Below, in pieces: positions 18,544 through 28,658 of a stretch of DNA of 64,000 nucleotides. Made by a program: the position numbers and the translations under genes. The stretch lies in contig CAIXFH010000020.1 of the NCBI GenBank assembly GCA_903918645.1, forward strand, positions 6,294 through 70,293, in the 5' to 3' direction. The notes under the pieces are model-generated. The model did no database searches, was not told the origin of the DNA, and saw only the letters and a program-made list of their open reading frames with translations. Positions within the stretch are counted from its first letter, which is position 1. Each line of letters begins with the position of its first letter. This stretch comes from an uncultured Actinomycetes bacterium. Lineage in GTDB: Bacteria > Actinomycetota > Actinomycetes > S36-B12 > CAIYMF01.

Positions 18544-19908
18544 TCAGGTGAAGATCGCGCCCGGGTTGAACAAGTTCTCCGGATCGAACGCGGCCTTCAC
18601 CGCTCGCATCGCCGCGATCTCCTGCGCACTGCGCGTGAGGTGCAAGTACTGCGATTTAGCACGGCCAACGCCATGTTCAGCCGAAATCGATCCCTGATGA
18701 TCCGCGACACACTGCAAGACCGTTTCATCCGCGCGCTCATCACCGGCATGAGGACCCATTACCTCGACGTGGAGGTTGCCGTCGGCCAGGTGACCAAAGG
18801 TGTACAACGCGGCGACATCAGGCACCGCGCGGAGTCGATCTCGCACATCATCGACGAATCCATCCCAATCGCTGCGAGGTACCGACACGTCGAAGCGGTG
18901 CGCGATCCCTTGCGTACCAATGGATTCGCCCGCACGCTCTCGGTAGGACCACAGGCGGGCCCGGTCAGTGGGGTCGGTTGCGACCACGACATCAAGATCG
19001 TCGTCAAATCTCATCGCGATCTCACCCGGCTCAGTTGACTCGGTCTCGATAGTCATGACATGCGCAGGGTGCGACGACAGCGGCCAGGGCAGACCAGTCA
19101 TGTGCGAAACGAGGGACAAAGTCGCCTCGTCCATGATTTCAGCGCCAAGCAACATCGTCCCGTCGGGCACCGACTCACGGATGACCGCAAGCGCGTGAGC
19201 CGCACTCTGCACACCGACGAGTGCCACAGCCGAAGCCCGTGGCTTGCGGACCAGGGCCAATCGTGCCGCCGTAATAACGCCCAAGGTTCCCTCACTGCCG
19301 GTAAGCAAGCCGGTGAGGTCATAACCCGTGTTGTCTTTCAGTAGCCCACCTAGGTGCGAGACGACAGATCCGTTGGGCAGCACGGCTTCCAAACCCAGCA
19401 CTTGTCGCCGTGTCATGCCATAGCAACACACGCGAATACCTCCGGCGTTGGTGGCGATAGTTCCACCGACAGTGGCGCTATCGCGTGAAGCTAGGTCGAC
19501 TCCGTAGGCCCACCCAGCGCCATTCACATGCCGATGAAGATCGGCGATTGTCACACCCGCGCCCGCCGTGACTTGTCCAGTGAGAAGGTCAACATCATCA
19601 AGACGAGTGAGCCGCCGAGTAGAGAGCACCACCATGGGCGGGTCGCTAGGACCGGGCACCGAGCCACCAACAAGCCCGGTGTTGCCACCCTGCGCCAATA
19701 CCGGGACGTGGTGGGCGGTGCAGGCCGCAACAACTGCGACGGTCTGCTCCAGATCCGCGGGCCGCGCAACGGCTAGCACCGGGCCGGCATAGCGGCGCGA
19801 CCAGTCCTGCCGGTATGGCTCGATGACATCAGGCTCAGTCAAGACATGCGTAACCCCGACGGCGTCTATCAAGTCCTCGATCAACGATGCTGAAGTAGCA
19901 CGGGACAT
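18544..19908 (-). CDS. FAD-linked oxidoreductase (D-2-hydroxyacid dehydrogenase/GlcD-like)
   Basis: QGGNTGLVGG, GSEGTLGVIT, GHLADGNLH, SAEHGVG and FNPG. Confidence 0.88.
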   Translation of the reverse strand: MSRATSASLIEDLIDAVGVTHVLTEPDVIEPYRQDWSRRYAGPVLAVARPADLEQTVAVVAACTAHHVPVLAQGGNTGLVGGSVPGPSDPPMVVLSTRRLTRLDDVDLLTGQVTAGAGVTIADLHRHVNGAGWAYGVDLASRDSATVGGTIATNAGGIRVCCYGMTRRQVLGLEAVLPNGSVVSHLGGLLKDNTGYDLTGLLTGSEGTLGVITAARLALVRKPRASAVALVGVQSAAHALAVIRESVPDGTMLLGAEIMDEATLSLVSHMTGLPWPLSSHPAHVMTIETESTEPGEIAMRFDDDLDVVVATDPTDRARLWSYRERAGESIGTQGIAHRFDVSVPRSDWDGFVDDVRDRLRAVPDVAALYTFGHLADGNLHVEVMGPHAGDERADETVLQCVADHQGSISAEHGVGRAKSQYLHLTRSAQEIAAMRAVKAAFDPENLFNPGAIFT

Positions 19909-19921
19909 AGTTGGCCTGCTC

Positions 19922-20815
19922 CTATTTCAAAAACTTCGACGTTCGACGGTCGGCCAACGGTGTGCCGCCGGTCTGACAAGTGGGGCAGTACTGAAGGGAC
20001 GAATCGGCGAAACTGACCTCACGAACAATGTCACCGCATGACGGGCACGGCTCACCAGTACGGCCGTGCACCCGCATCCCTAACTTCTTCTCGGCCTTGA
20101 GATCCGCAGCACCCAAGCCTGAGCTGCGCGTGACCGCGTCGGACAGCACTTCGCGCATCTGCCGATACAGATTCTCGACTTCCTCGGGTGCCAACTTTCC
20201 CGCCAGCTTGAAGGGGCTGAGCCTCGCCGCATTCAGAATCTCATCGCTATATGCGTTACCAATACCGGCAATCGTTCGTTGGTCGCGCAGAACACCCTTG
20301 AGTTGGTGTCCCGCTGCCTGAGCCAAAATCTCGCTGAACACTTCGAGAGTGAAGCCGGTAGCTAGCGGTTCTGGCCCCAGGGTGGAGATGCGTTCAATCG
20401 CGCTCGGGTCGCGAACCACGTAGACAGCCAACTTCTTCTGCGTGCCCGATTCAGTGAGATCGAAGCCGCCAGCAGACACACCGTCGTCGTCGACGAACGC
20501 CACGCGAAATGCCAGGGGTCCCTTGCCAGGCCGAGGCGCGGCAGCTGGAAGCTCCATTCGCCACTGCAACCATCCGGCCCGGGCAAGGTGGATCACCAGA
20601 TGGATGGGCTCGCCGTTGTCGTCAACGAGCACGAGGTCAAGGAACTTTCCTCGACGTTGCACATCAAGAACTCGCGCGCCGATCAGGCTGGTAACCGGTG
20701 GCTCAAATGTCTTGAGCGCATTGATCGCAGCCAATTCAACACCTGCGATGCGCAACCCTTCGAGGGTGCGCCGAAGGTAGGTCACAAGGGACTCGACCTC
20801 GGGCAACTCCGGCAT
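19922..20815 (-). CDS. Fpg/Nei-family DNA glycosylase (Fpg2-type)
   Basis: MPELPEVE start, RRGKFL, H2TH motif IAGIGNAYSDEIL and zinc finger CPSC...CPTCQ. Confidence 0.93.
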   Translation of the reverse strand: MPELPEVESLVTYLRRTLEGLRIAGVELAAINALKTFEPPVTSLIGARVLDVQRRGKFLDLVLVDDNGEPIHLVIHLARAGWLQWRMELPAAAPRPGKGPLAFRVAFVDDDGVSAGGFDLTESGTQKKLAVYVVRDPSAIERISTLGPEPLATGFTLEVFSEILAQAAGHQLKGVLRDQRTIAGIGNAYSDEILNAARLSPFKLAGKLAPEEVENLYRQMREVLSDAVTRSSGLGAADLKAEKKLGMRVHGRTGEPCPSCGDIVREVSFADSSLQYCPTCQTGGTPLADRRTSKFLK

Positions 20816-20932
20816 AGGACGAGCCTGTCACGAAGGGCACCACATTGTCGCTGCGCGTCTGCCTCAAGTGGGCCGCCAGGGCCAGGCAATACACAGGACC
20901 GACCCTGGTCTTGGGAACCTGTTGACCCATGA

Positions 20933-21316
20933 GTGACACTTGGCAATGTGACCGATCCCCCCGATCCCATGGTCGATGCCGTACTCCCCGGCCGCATCGG
21001 TCTACTGGTCCGCATTCCGGTCCTTCCCGGGATGCGACCTGCGGCACTAGACGTGCTCAACCGCTACGTCGATGACCTGCACGAGGAGCCCGGCACCGAG
21101 GCATTCATGGTCTGCGTCGATCCAGATGATCAGAACGTGATCTGGCTGTACGAGTGGTTCCGTGATGAAGCAGCCCTACAAGCGCATCGTGAAGCTCCAC
21201 TGTTTGGTCGGCTGATGTCAGAGCTGCCCCAACTCGTCGGTGAGAACCCGGGCATCATGCGCCTTGATCCATTGCGACTGCGGATGACCCAAGCCTTGTC
21301 GACTCAACGGTCCTAG
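20933..21316 (+). CDS. ABM (antibiotic biosynthesis monooxygenase/quinol monooxygenase) domain protein
   Basis: EEPGTEAF...WLYEWFRDEAALQAH pattern. Confidence 0.8.
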   Translation: MTLGNVTDPPDPMVDAVLPGRIGLLVRIPVLPGMRPAALDVLNRYVDDLHEEPGTEAFMVCVDPDDQNVIWLYEWFRDEAALQAHREAPLFGRLMSELPQLVGENPGIMRLDPLRLRMTQALSTQRS

Positions 21317-21348
21317 CTCGATCTGAATCGAGACGACCTCTCGTGCAA

Positions 21349-21774
21349 CTAGTGCGCGCCGCCGGTGGAACCTGATCGACGCAAATACCACAGGCCCAGA
21401 ATCGGCAGTAACAGCGGCACGAACCCATACCCCTCGCCGTAGTGTGACCACACCGTGGCACGAGGGAAGGCAGCCGAATCCACGAAGCTGGCGGTGCCCA
21501 CAATCAGCACGCCCACAAGCTCAAGCACGATGCCAGCTCGCGCAATACGCAAAGTCTGGGGAGTCGAGCGGACCAAACAGAACGTGATCCCGAGATAGAG
21601 GACTGCGGCAAAGGCCGACAGCGCATAGGCAAGCGGCGCTTCGCCAAAGCGAGTGACCAGCTGATAAAGCGCACGTGAAGTCGCAGCCACGGCGAAGACC
21701 GCGTAAACAGCAATGAGAGCTCTCGCGGCGCCCCGTCGCACGGGTATGACCTGTTCATCTACCGGATCGATCAC
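21349..21774 (-). CDS. Integral membrane protein
   Basis: Four hydrophobic segments, ATSRALYQL and TVWSHYGEGYGFVPL. GTG overlaps the upstream TGA. Confidence 0.75.
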   Translation of the reverse strand: MIDPVDEQVIPVRRGAARALIAVYAVFAVAATSRALYQLVTRFGEAPLAYALSAFAAVLYLGITFCLVRSTPQTLRIARAGIVLELVGVLIVGTASFVDSAAFPRATVWSHYGEGYGFVPLLLPILGLWYLRRSGSTGGAH

Positions 21775-22157
21775 GGCCCCATCCCCCCAGTCCAGACCTG
21801 CGTCACCCGCATGATCAGGACGGCGAAGGTGAGGCACGCGAATGCCGCCACTCCGCTTCCCCATCGTCCGGGCTCGTCAACACCCCACCACACAATCGCT
21901 GGCGGTATCGCAATACAGGCAAGGAGGTAGCAGATGAAGACAACGGGCTCTGCTGGCGCTGTGCCACCAATCCAGGCGAGGACGCTGATGACCGCCATGA
22001 TGATCAACCCGATCTCGACCAGGCCGATGACCACATAAGCCAAGCGTGGAACCGACTTGTTCAACAACGAGAATCCTGCAAGTACCAGCGCGAGTATGAG
22101 CATGACGGTGACAAGTACCGTCGCGACGCTCGAAGACGGAAACGTGTTCCCCAGCAC
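21771..22157 (-). CDS. Integral membrane protein
   Basis: 128 aa with four TM-like segments, coupled to both neighbours. Confidence 0.75.
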   Translation of the reverse strand: MLGNTFPSSSVATVLVTVMLILALVLAGFSLLNKSVPRLAYVVIGLVEIGLIIMAVISVLAWIGGTAPAEPVVFICYLLACIAIPPAIVWWGVDEPGRWGSGVAAFACLTFAVLIMRVTQVWTGGMGP

Positions 22158-22159
22158 AA

Positions 22160-23023
22160 CTACCCCAAAGCCAACAGGACCGTGGCGACGATGGCCGTCG
22201 CCATGCCGAACTTCTGCACCGGACGAAGGCGCTCACCGAGCAACATACGCGCCAACAGCACTGTTGCAGCCGGATATAGCGAACCCAGAACGGCCACGAC
22301 CGAAAGCAAGCCAACCTGCGAGGCAAGAATGTAGAAGGCATTCGCGGCGACGTCGAGCACGCCAGCAGCGGCGGCCTGCCTGCGCACCTGCCAACTGGGC
22401 GGCAGTATCGCGGTCTTGGTTCGAATGGCCACGATAATGCCCAAGGGGACCAACATGATGGTCGATGTCGAGCGCGCGAAGACCACTGGCCACAGGCCCG
22501 CGTCCTTGGGTGCAAGCGCGATGATGGCGAAGAAGAAGCCGATGCAAACACCGGCAGCCAAAGCGAACCCCAGCGCTCGCGGTGTCACCCGTTGGTGCGC
22601 ACTGTCGTCCGAGTGGTGTGCTTTGGGCTCGAGCCCGACCGTCACGATCGCGACAACCGCTAGTGCCATCCCAAGGAATGCCCAAGCACTTGGCCGGTCA
22701 CCGCGAGCCAGGCCAACTATCACCGGAATCGCGGCGCCTAACACTGCCGAGATGGGCGAGAGCACGCCCATCGGACCGATGGTGAGAGCCTCGTAAAGTA
22801 GCAAGATCCCCAGCGCACCAAATGCACCGGCAACTGTGCCCGGCAGGGCGCTGCCGGCGCTGTCGCCACCGAAGACCATGGCCAAGGGAACAATGACGAG
22901 CAGGCCAATTGGCGTGGTCACAAACAGAGCTTGAAGCGGCGTTGAGCGACGGGAGGCCAAGCCGCCCATGAAGTCTGCAACGCCCCATACCAGCGCGGAA
23001 ATCAACGCTAAGAGGGCAGCCAC
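22160..23023 (-). CDS. EamA/DMT-family transporter
   Basis: Ten TM-like segments, WGVADFMGG and SLYPAATVLLARMLLGERL. Confidence 0.88.
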   Translation of the reverse strand: MAALLALISALVWGVADFMGGLASRRSTPLQALFVTTPIGLLVIVPLAMVFGGDSAGSALPGTVAGAFGALGILLLYEALTIGPMGVLSPISAVLGAAIPVIVGLARGDRPSAWAFLGMALAVVAIVTVGLEPKAHHSDDSAHQRVTPRALGFALAAGVCIGFFFAIIALAPKDAGLWPVVFARSTSTIMLVPLGIIVAIRTKTAILPPSWQVRRQAAAAGVLDVAANAFYILASQVGLLSVVAVLGSLYPAATVLLARMLLGERLRPVQKFGMATAIVATVLLALG

Positions 23024-23078
23024 GAGTCACAGTTGAGCACATCGCGCCCGCGGGCTCCAACCCACCTCCGTGGCGCGA

Positions 23079-24299
23079 CTAGTAGTGAGCGCCCGTCGAC
23101 ACGGCCCAAGCCTTATCGACGTGGAACTCACCTCCGTGATCAACGTCAAGAAAGACGACCGTCGCTGGTGAGCGGTTCTCGGTTGCCGGATCAAAACTCA
23201 CCGCACCCGTGACACCTGGCCAGTCTTTGAGTTTGTTGAAGAACCCCGTCAAAGCCGCCGCATCGAATCCACCTGTTGCCGCTGCTGCAGCGGCAAGAAC
23301 GTTGACCGAGTCGTAGGTATAGGGACTCCACGTGCCCGCCTCTGCGGCGAAGGCAAACTTGTAGTCGGCGTTGAACTTCACGGCGTCCGGAAAGTCAATC
23401 GGCGAAGGGACTCCAACAACAGTGCAATTCGTCGCTGCCGCGCGACCCGCGTTGGTAATGAATCCAGGATCATCTGACGCGAAGTCCACAACGCACTTCG
23501 CCTTGACCTTCTGGTCATAGATCGCATTCGCAATCAGAGCGCCCTCGGGGAAATACGTGGCGACATAGATCACATCGGGGTTCAATGCGGCAGCAGCCTT
23601 GACTTGGGCCACGTAAGACTTCTCGCCAGGAGTAACAGCTTCGAACGTCGTCACCTTGATGCCGCCCCCGGCTAGCGCGCCCTTTAACTTCGTGGCGATG
23701 TCTGTCGTGTAGCTCTGGCTCGAGTCATACACGATCGCCACCTTCTTGGCGCTGAGCCAATTCATCAGGCCTTCCGCGGCCACCGGCGCAATCTGGTAAT
23801 CCATTGGTTGCAGGGTGTAGCCCATGGAGTTGGTGGCACTGTTTGACGTGAGTCGGATCGGCGTGAGCCCCGCCTTCAGATACAGGGGCAAGGTCTGCAT
23901 CCCTACGCCCGAGTTGTACGGGCCCACAACGCCATCAAGGCCGGCTGCGATGGCAGCCGTTGCTGCCGCAACACCGGTAGCTGCGTCAGCGGCATCGTCG
24001 ATCGGGATGATGTGAATCGGTCGCCCGTTGATGCCACCTTTCGCATTCAACTGCTCGGCGGCCAACGTGGCACCGTTGAGCATCCCAACACCGGTGGGCT
24101 TCTGGTCGCCGCTGAGCGGAGCCTCAAGGCCGATCCGGATCGGCGTCCCCGTAGGTGAGGCAGAGACCGATGTGGCAGCAGACGGACCCGACGGCGAACC
24201 GCTTGAATCCACCGGGGGCGTAGTGCCAGAGCAGCCAGCCAAAGTCAGGCTTGACCCGATGGCGATGGCCGTGAGCACGGAGGCAAAGGATCGACGCAT
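23079..24299 (-). CDS. Branched-chain amino acid ABC substrate-binding lipoprotein (LivK/LivJ-like), orphan
   Basis: Lipobox LAGC, IGLEAPLSGD, GGINGRPI, DDAAD, VVGPYNSG and YTYDSV. Confidence 0.88.
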   Translation of the reverse strand: MRRSFASVLTAIAIGSSLTLAGCSGTTPPVDSSGSPSGPSAATSVSASPTGTPIRIGLEAPLSGDQKPTGVGMLNGATLAAEQLNAKGGINGRPIHIIPIDDAADAATGVAAATAAIAAGLDGVVGPYNSGVGMQTLPLYLKAGLTPIRLTSNSATNSMGYTLQPMDYQIAPVAAEGLMNWLSAKKVAIVYDSSQSYTTDIATKLKGALAGGGIKVTTFEAVTPGEKSYVAQVKAAAALNPDVIYVATYFPEGALIANAIYDQKVKAKCVVDFASDDPGFITNAGRAAATNCTVVGVPSPIDFPDAVKFNADYKFAFAAEAGTWSPYTYDSVNVLAAAAAATGGFDAAALTGFFNKLKDWPGVTGAVSFDPATENRSPATVVFLDVDHGGEFHVDKAWAVSTGAHY

Positions 24300-24504
24300 A
24301 GACGATGTTGAAGACACACGCCGAGGTTACGCTGCGAAGTTGTCGTGCACCCTTCAGGGCATGCCTCAACAGGACAGTCGGGTGGATACGAGATGCCTCG
24401 CAGTCTGTGGCCCCACGTGACCCAGGGCCGCGCATCCGCTAAACAAAACCGGGCCCATGGCATAAGTCGAGTCGTTCGCCGACGTCTGCCATGGACCCTT
24501 GATG

Positions 24505-24588
24505 TGCGCGAGGGGGGAGTTGAACCCCCACGCCCTTTCGGGCACACGGACCTGAACCGTGCGCGTCTGCCTATTCCGCCACTCGCGC
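24505..24588 (-). tRNA. tRNA-Leu(CAG)
   Basis: Cloverleaf GCGCGAG...anticodon loop TT-CAG-GT, long variable arm, GGTTCAAC T-loop. CCA not encoded. Confidence 0.97.
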
Positions 24589-24740
24589 GCGCGCCAGAAG
24601 GCTAACACGCACCGCCGCTGCGCTGTGAGCCGCACAAACTCAACCGGCCAAACCTGGCCGCGACGCAGAGGGGATCGATCGACGACGGTTACGATCACAA
24701 GGTGCAGACCGCAGTGGCTGCGCGTGAGCAAGGAGGCACG

Positions 24741-25433
24741 GTGGGGCTGCTCGACCGCTTCGAACAGCGACTTGACCGAATGGTCAATGGCGCCTTCGCG
24801 CGCGCCTTCAAAGCAGAGGTGCAACCAGTCGAAATAGCAGCTGCCCTGCAGCGCGAAATGAGCGATCGCGCAGCCGTGGTGAGTCGGGGGCGCACCGTGG
24901 TGCCCAACTCGTTCGCGGTCGAACTCAGCCCACACGATCACGAACGCCTGGCTGTCTACTCGCAAACCTTGACTGCCGAACTCGCTGCCATGGTTGCCGA
25001 GTACGCCGAGGAGCAGCACTACACCTTCCTCGGTGGCACCGAGGTCACCCTGGATCTCGACAATGCCCTCGACACTGGGCTCTTCCGAGTTCGCAGTGAA
25101 TCCACAGCTAACGTTGCCGCCAACCTCGCACGGTCTAGTGCCAGCGCACCCGAAGCAGCGGGCCAGCCCCGCCTTCTGGTTGACGACATTTCCCATCCAC
25201 TGATCCGCGCCGTCACTCGACTGGGTCGAGGTAGCGACGTCGACATCCGCGTCGATGATCCCGGCGTGAGCCGTCACCACGCAGAAATCCTGCTCGGGCG
25301 CGAGGTCATCCTGCGCGACCTGAACTCCACTAACGGCACCTACGTCGATGGCGTGCAAGTCGGAGAGGTAGTCCTCACCGACGGCAACGTTGTTCAACTC
25401 GGCGCAACACGCTTGACCTATCGGGCCGGCTAA
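24741..25433 (+). CDS. fhaA: FhaA (DUF3662 plus FHA domain)
   Basis: GLLDRFEQRL, VQPVEIA, FHA motifs GR, SRHH and NSTNGT. AAGGAGG RBS before GTG 24741. Confidence 0.93.
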   Translation: MGLLDRFEQRLDRMVNGAFARAFKAEVQPVEIAAALQREMSDRAAVVSRGRTVVPNSFAVELSPHDHERLAVYSQTLTAELAAMVAEYAEEQHYTFLGGTEVTLDLDNALDTGLFRVRSESTANVAANLARSSASAPEAAGQPRLLVDDISHPLIRAVTRLGRGSDVDIRVDDPGVSRHHAEILLGREVILRDLNSTNGTYVDGVQVGEVVLTDGNVVQLGATRLTYRAG

Positions 25434-25435
25434 CC

Positions 25436-25924
25436 ATGTCGGAGTTGATGCTCACGCTGCTGCGTCTCGGCTTCTTGGCGGTGCTCTGGGCCCTCGTGAT
25501 CATCACAGTGCTTGTCCTGCGTCGCGATCTTCGGGCTCCTCGGGATGCACGACCACTGGTAGCGGTCACTGTCGGCGCGGGGGCAAGTCGGCCCTTTGCT
25601 CCGGATCGACCGAAAAAGAAGCAGGCCAAGAACAGCCCGCGCACCTTGATCGTGGTCGAGGGACCACTGAACGGCACGGTGATTCCGCTGGGTGCCGCCG
25701 ACATCACCATCGGTCGCGCCCCCGATTCCACCTTGGTCCTAGATGACGATTACGCAAGCAATAACCACGCGCGTATCTCCCTTGTCGACGGAGCATGGAT
25801 CGTGCAGGACATGGGTTCGACAAATGGCACGTGGATCGACAAGACCCGCCTCACCGCACCGATCGCACTCACTCCGGGCCGACAACTCAAAGTGGGACGA
25901 ACCGTATTAGAACTGCGGCGGTGA
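25436..25924 (+). CDS. fhaB: FhaB/FipA FHA-domain membrane protein
   Basis: LRLGFLAVLW TM segment, IGRAPD, YASNNHA and DMGSTNGT. Confidence 0.92.
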   Translation: MSELMLTLLRLGFLAVLWALVIITVLVLRRDLRAPRDARPLVAVTVGAGASRPFAPDRPKKKQAKNSPRTLIVVEGPLNGTVIPLGAADITIGRAPDSTLVLDDDYASNNHARISLVDGAWIVQDMGSTNGTWIDKTRLTAPIALTPGRQLKVGRTVLELRR

Positions 25925-27258
25925 CGATGCTTCAACTTCGATCCACCGCGCGTTCTGACGTCGGCTTAGTGCGCGCAGGGAACGAAGACTCCGGATACGC
26001 CGGATCCGAACTCCTCATCGTCGCCGACGGTATGGGCGGTCATGCCGCCGGCGAACTCGCGTCTGCGGCAGCCATCGCAACCATGGCAGCGATCGAGCCG
26101 GCCGGGCTCGACGATGCCGAAGCCATCGCCCGGCTCTCAGATGCGGTCTCGGTCGCCAGTGAACGCATCGCCGATGTCGTCGCTGCCAATCCCGAATTCG
26201 CTGGCATGGGCACAACACTGACGGCACTGGCGTGGCTTGGTACCGAGCCCCCACGCGTAGCCGTCATCCATGTCGGTGACTCGCGCGCGTATCTGCTGCG
26301 CGACCAAGTCCTGACCCAACTCACGCGAGATCACACCTACGTGCAAAGCCTGATCGATGCGGGCGAGCTCACCCCCGAGGAAGCAGCAAAGCATCCGCGC
26401 CGCAACTTGCTGATGCGGGCGATCGATGGCATCCACCAAGCAGAACCCGACGTCTCAGTGCGTGAAGCGCGCGTCGGTGATCGGTATCTCGTCTGCAGTG
26501 ATGGTCTGTGCGGCTACGTTGCCGACGTCGACATCCAGCGGCTGCTCGCACTCCCCGATGCCACCGCTGCAGTTACCGCCTTGGTCGATAGTGCCCTGGA
26601 AGTCGGGGCACCAGATAACGTCACCTGCGTAGTGGCCGATGTCGTGGAAGCCGACTCGTTCCCTGCAGAGGCAGCACGGCCCGTTGTCGTTGGTGCTGCT
26701 GGTGAATCGCGCAACCGTGAGCGTCTACCCGGATTCGTTTTCCCCATCGATCAGCAACGCGACTCCGGCGCCCAGATTCTTCGCGTCTCGTCGCGCGCTG
26801 AGAGTTCACCGGCCGAAGCTAGCGGGCTCGCAGTGGCTTATCGCGAAGGGCGACGTCGAGGTCGGAGTCGTTGGAAATGGGCTGTCTCCCTCGCCCTCCT
26901 TGCCCTGATCGCCGGTGGCGTTTCTGCGTTCATCTATTCGTGGGCGCACGAACAGTTCTATGTCGGAACCAACAGCGGCTACGTCACGATCTTCCGCGGT
27001 GTCCCCGGCACTCTTGGCCCGATCCACCTACAAGTGGTTGAGCACCAGACCGATCTAACGGTGGATGCGCTGCCTGACTTCGAGGCCATGCAGGTCGAAG
27101 CAACGATCAGCACCGAGACCCTGGAATCCGCAAGCCAGATCGTGCAGCGACTCACCGAGCGAGCAGCGCAATGCGGCTCGGCCCCAACCACGCCCGGTTG
27201 CCCTACCGCGGGTTCTTCAGCCCCGACCCCACCGGCCGCGACACCCACGGCCACCTGA
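25921..27258 (+). CDS. pstP: PP2C-family Ser/Thr phosphatase PstP
   Basis: SDVGLVRAGNED, ADGMGGH, HVGDSRAY, CSDGL and DNVT, with a TM segment and extracellular tail. Start is GTG 25921 or ATG 25927. Confidence 0.95.
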   Translation: MTMLQLRSTARSDVGLVRAGNEDSGYAGSELLIVADGMGGHAAGELASAAAIATMAAIEPAGLDDAEAIARLSDAVSVASERIADVVAANPEFAGMGTTLTALAWLGTEPPRVAVIHVGDSRAYLLRDQVLTQLTRDHTYVQSLIDAGELTPEEAAKHPRRNLLMRAIDGIHQAEPDVSVREARVGDRYLVCSDGLCGYVADVDIQRLLALPDATAAVTALVDSALEVGAPDNVTCVVADVVEADSFPAEAARPVVVGAAGESRNRERLPGFVFPIDQQRDSGAQILRVSSRAESSPAEASGLAVAYREGRRRGRSRWKWAVSLALLALIAGGVSAFIYSWAHEQFYVGTNSGYVTIFRGVPGTLGPIHLQVVEHQTDLTVDALPDFEAMQVEATISTETLESASQIVQRLTERAAQCGSAPTTPGCPTAGSSAPTPPAATPTAT

Positions 27259-28658
27259 TGAGCAGTTCCGCGATACCCGTCCCGCGATACCGACAGCCAA
27301 CACGACGCACGACCGAGTTAGGCCTGTGCGTCCTGGCTTTGCTCATCGGCTCGGCGGGCTACATCCAAGTCGACCTAGCCGTCCTTGGTTCCATTGCCTC
27401 AGACACCATGCCTGTGTTGTGCGCCCTGGCAGCACTACTACTGCTTGCACATTCGGCCACTCGATGGCTGGCGCCGTATTCAGATCCCATCCTCGTGCCG
27501 ACGGTCGCGGTACTGAACATCATGGGCCTAACCATGATCCACCGACTTGATCTAGCCGAGGCGCAACGAGCCGCGCGTAACGGTGACATTGCACCATCAC
27601 CCGACGTCTATACCCAGTTGACATGGACCGCACTGGGAATCGTGCTGTTCTGCGCGGTTCTGTTCGTGATCCGTGACCATCGCGGCCTCCAGCGCTACAC
27701 CTACACAGCGATGTTCGCTGGTCTGGTCCTGCTGCTGCTGCCGCTCGTTCCAGGTATCGGAGCCACCATCAATGGCGCCACGCTATGGGTACGGCTCGGA
27801 CCGTTGTCCTTCCAACCTGGCGAACTCGCGAAGATCTTGCTCACCATCTTCTTCGCTGGCTACCTGACCGTGACGCGCGACTCCCTAGCGCTAGTTCGCA
27901 CGAAGGTGCTCGGAATCGAATTCCCGCGCGGCCGCGACTTAGGTCCCCTGGTGGTCGCCTGGTTCATCTCGCTCGGGGTACTCGTCTTCGAACGCGACCT
28001 TGGCACTTCACTGCTGTTCTTTGGCCTGTTCGTCTCACTGCTCTACGTGGCGACTCAACGACGAAGCTGGCTTGTCATCGGCACGGTGCTCTTCCTCAGT
28101 GGCGCTGCACTCTCCTACCTTGCGTTCGGCCACGTGCGGCTACGTGTCAACATCTGGCTAGACCCATTCGCCGACGAATCCGACACCGGATACCAGATCG
28201 CCCAATCGATCTACGGCTTTGCCAGCGGGGGAATGTTCGGGTCTGGACTCGGCCAGGGATACCCACAATTGGTCCCCTACGCCAAGAGCGATTTCATCAT
28301 GGCCGCCATGGGCGAGGAACTCGGACTCGTGGGTGTCATGGCCCTGCTGTTGCTGTACGGAGTGGTAGTCGAGCGCGGGCTGCGCACCGCCGTAGCTTGC
28401 CGCGACGTCTTTGGGTCACTGCTCGCAGCTGGCCTGTCGATCGTCATCGCGCTGCAGGTCTTCATCGTCGTGGGTGGGGTCTCGCGGCTGATTCCGCTCA
28501 CCGGACTTACGACTCCGTTCCTATCCCAAGGTGGCTCATCACTTATCGCGAACTGGATCGCCATCGGCTTGATCATGCGCGTCAGCGACACCGCTCGCCG
28601 ACCTGATATCGATGTTGTCGCCCTGCAAGAGGCACCAACTCAGGTCGTGCGTCGATGA
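27258..28658 (+). CDS. rodA: SEDS protein RodA/FtsW
   Basis: SFQPGELAK, ERDLGT, GYQIAQS, SDFI..AMGEELG and IPLTGLTTPFLSQGGSS. Confidence 0.95.
   Translation: MSSSAIPVPRYRQPTRRTTELGLCVLALLIGSAGYIQVDLAVLGSIASDTMPVLCALAALLLLAHSATRWLAPYSDPILVPTVAVLNIMGLTMIHRLDLAEAQRAARNGDIAPSPDVYTQLTWTALGIVLFCAVLFVIRDHRGLQRYTYTAMFAGLVLLLLPLVPGIGATINGATLWVRLGPLSFQPGELAKILLTIFFAGYLTVTRDSLALVRTKVLGIEFPRGRDLGPLVVAWFISLGVLVFERDLGTSLLFFGLFVSLLYVATQRRSWLVIGTVLFLSGAALSYLAFGHVRLRVNIWLDPFADESDTGYQIAQSIYGFASGGMFGSGLGQGYPQLVPYAKSDFIMAAMGEELGLVGVMALLLLYGVVVERGLRTAVACRDVFGSLLAAGLSIVIALQVFIVVGGVSRLIPLTGLTTPFLSQGGSSLIANWIAIGLIMRVSDTARRPDIDVVALQEAPTQVVRR

Noticed and set aside
18544-24588. Genomic island integrated at tRNA-Leu
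   Set aside because: No integrase, no duplicated tRNA 3' end noticed, and no obvious compositional shift.
24366-25397. 343-aa minus-strand ORF
   Set aside because: Antisense to fhaA and runs through tRNA-Leu. No recognisable domain.
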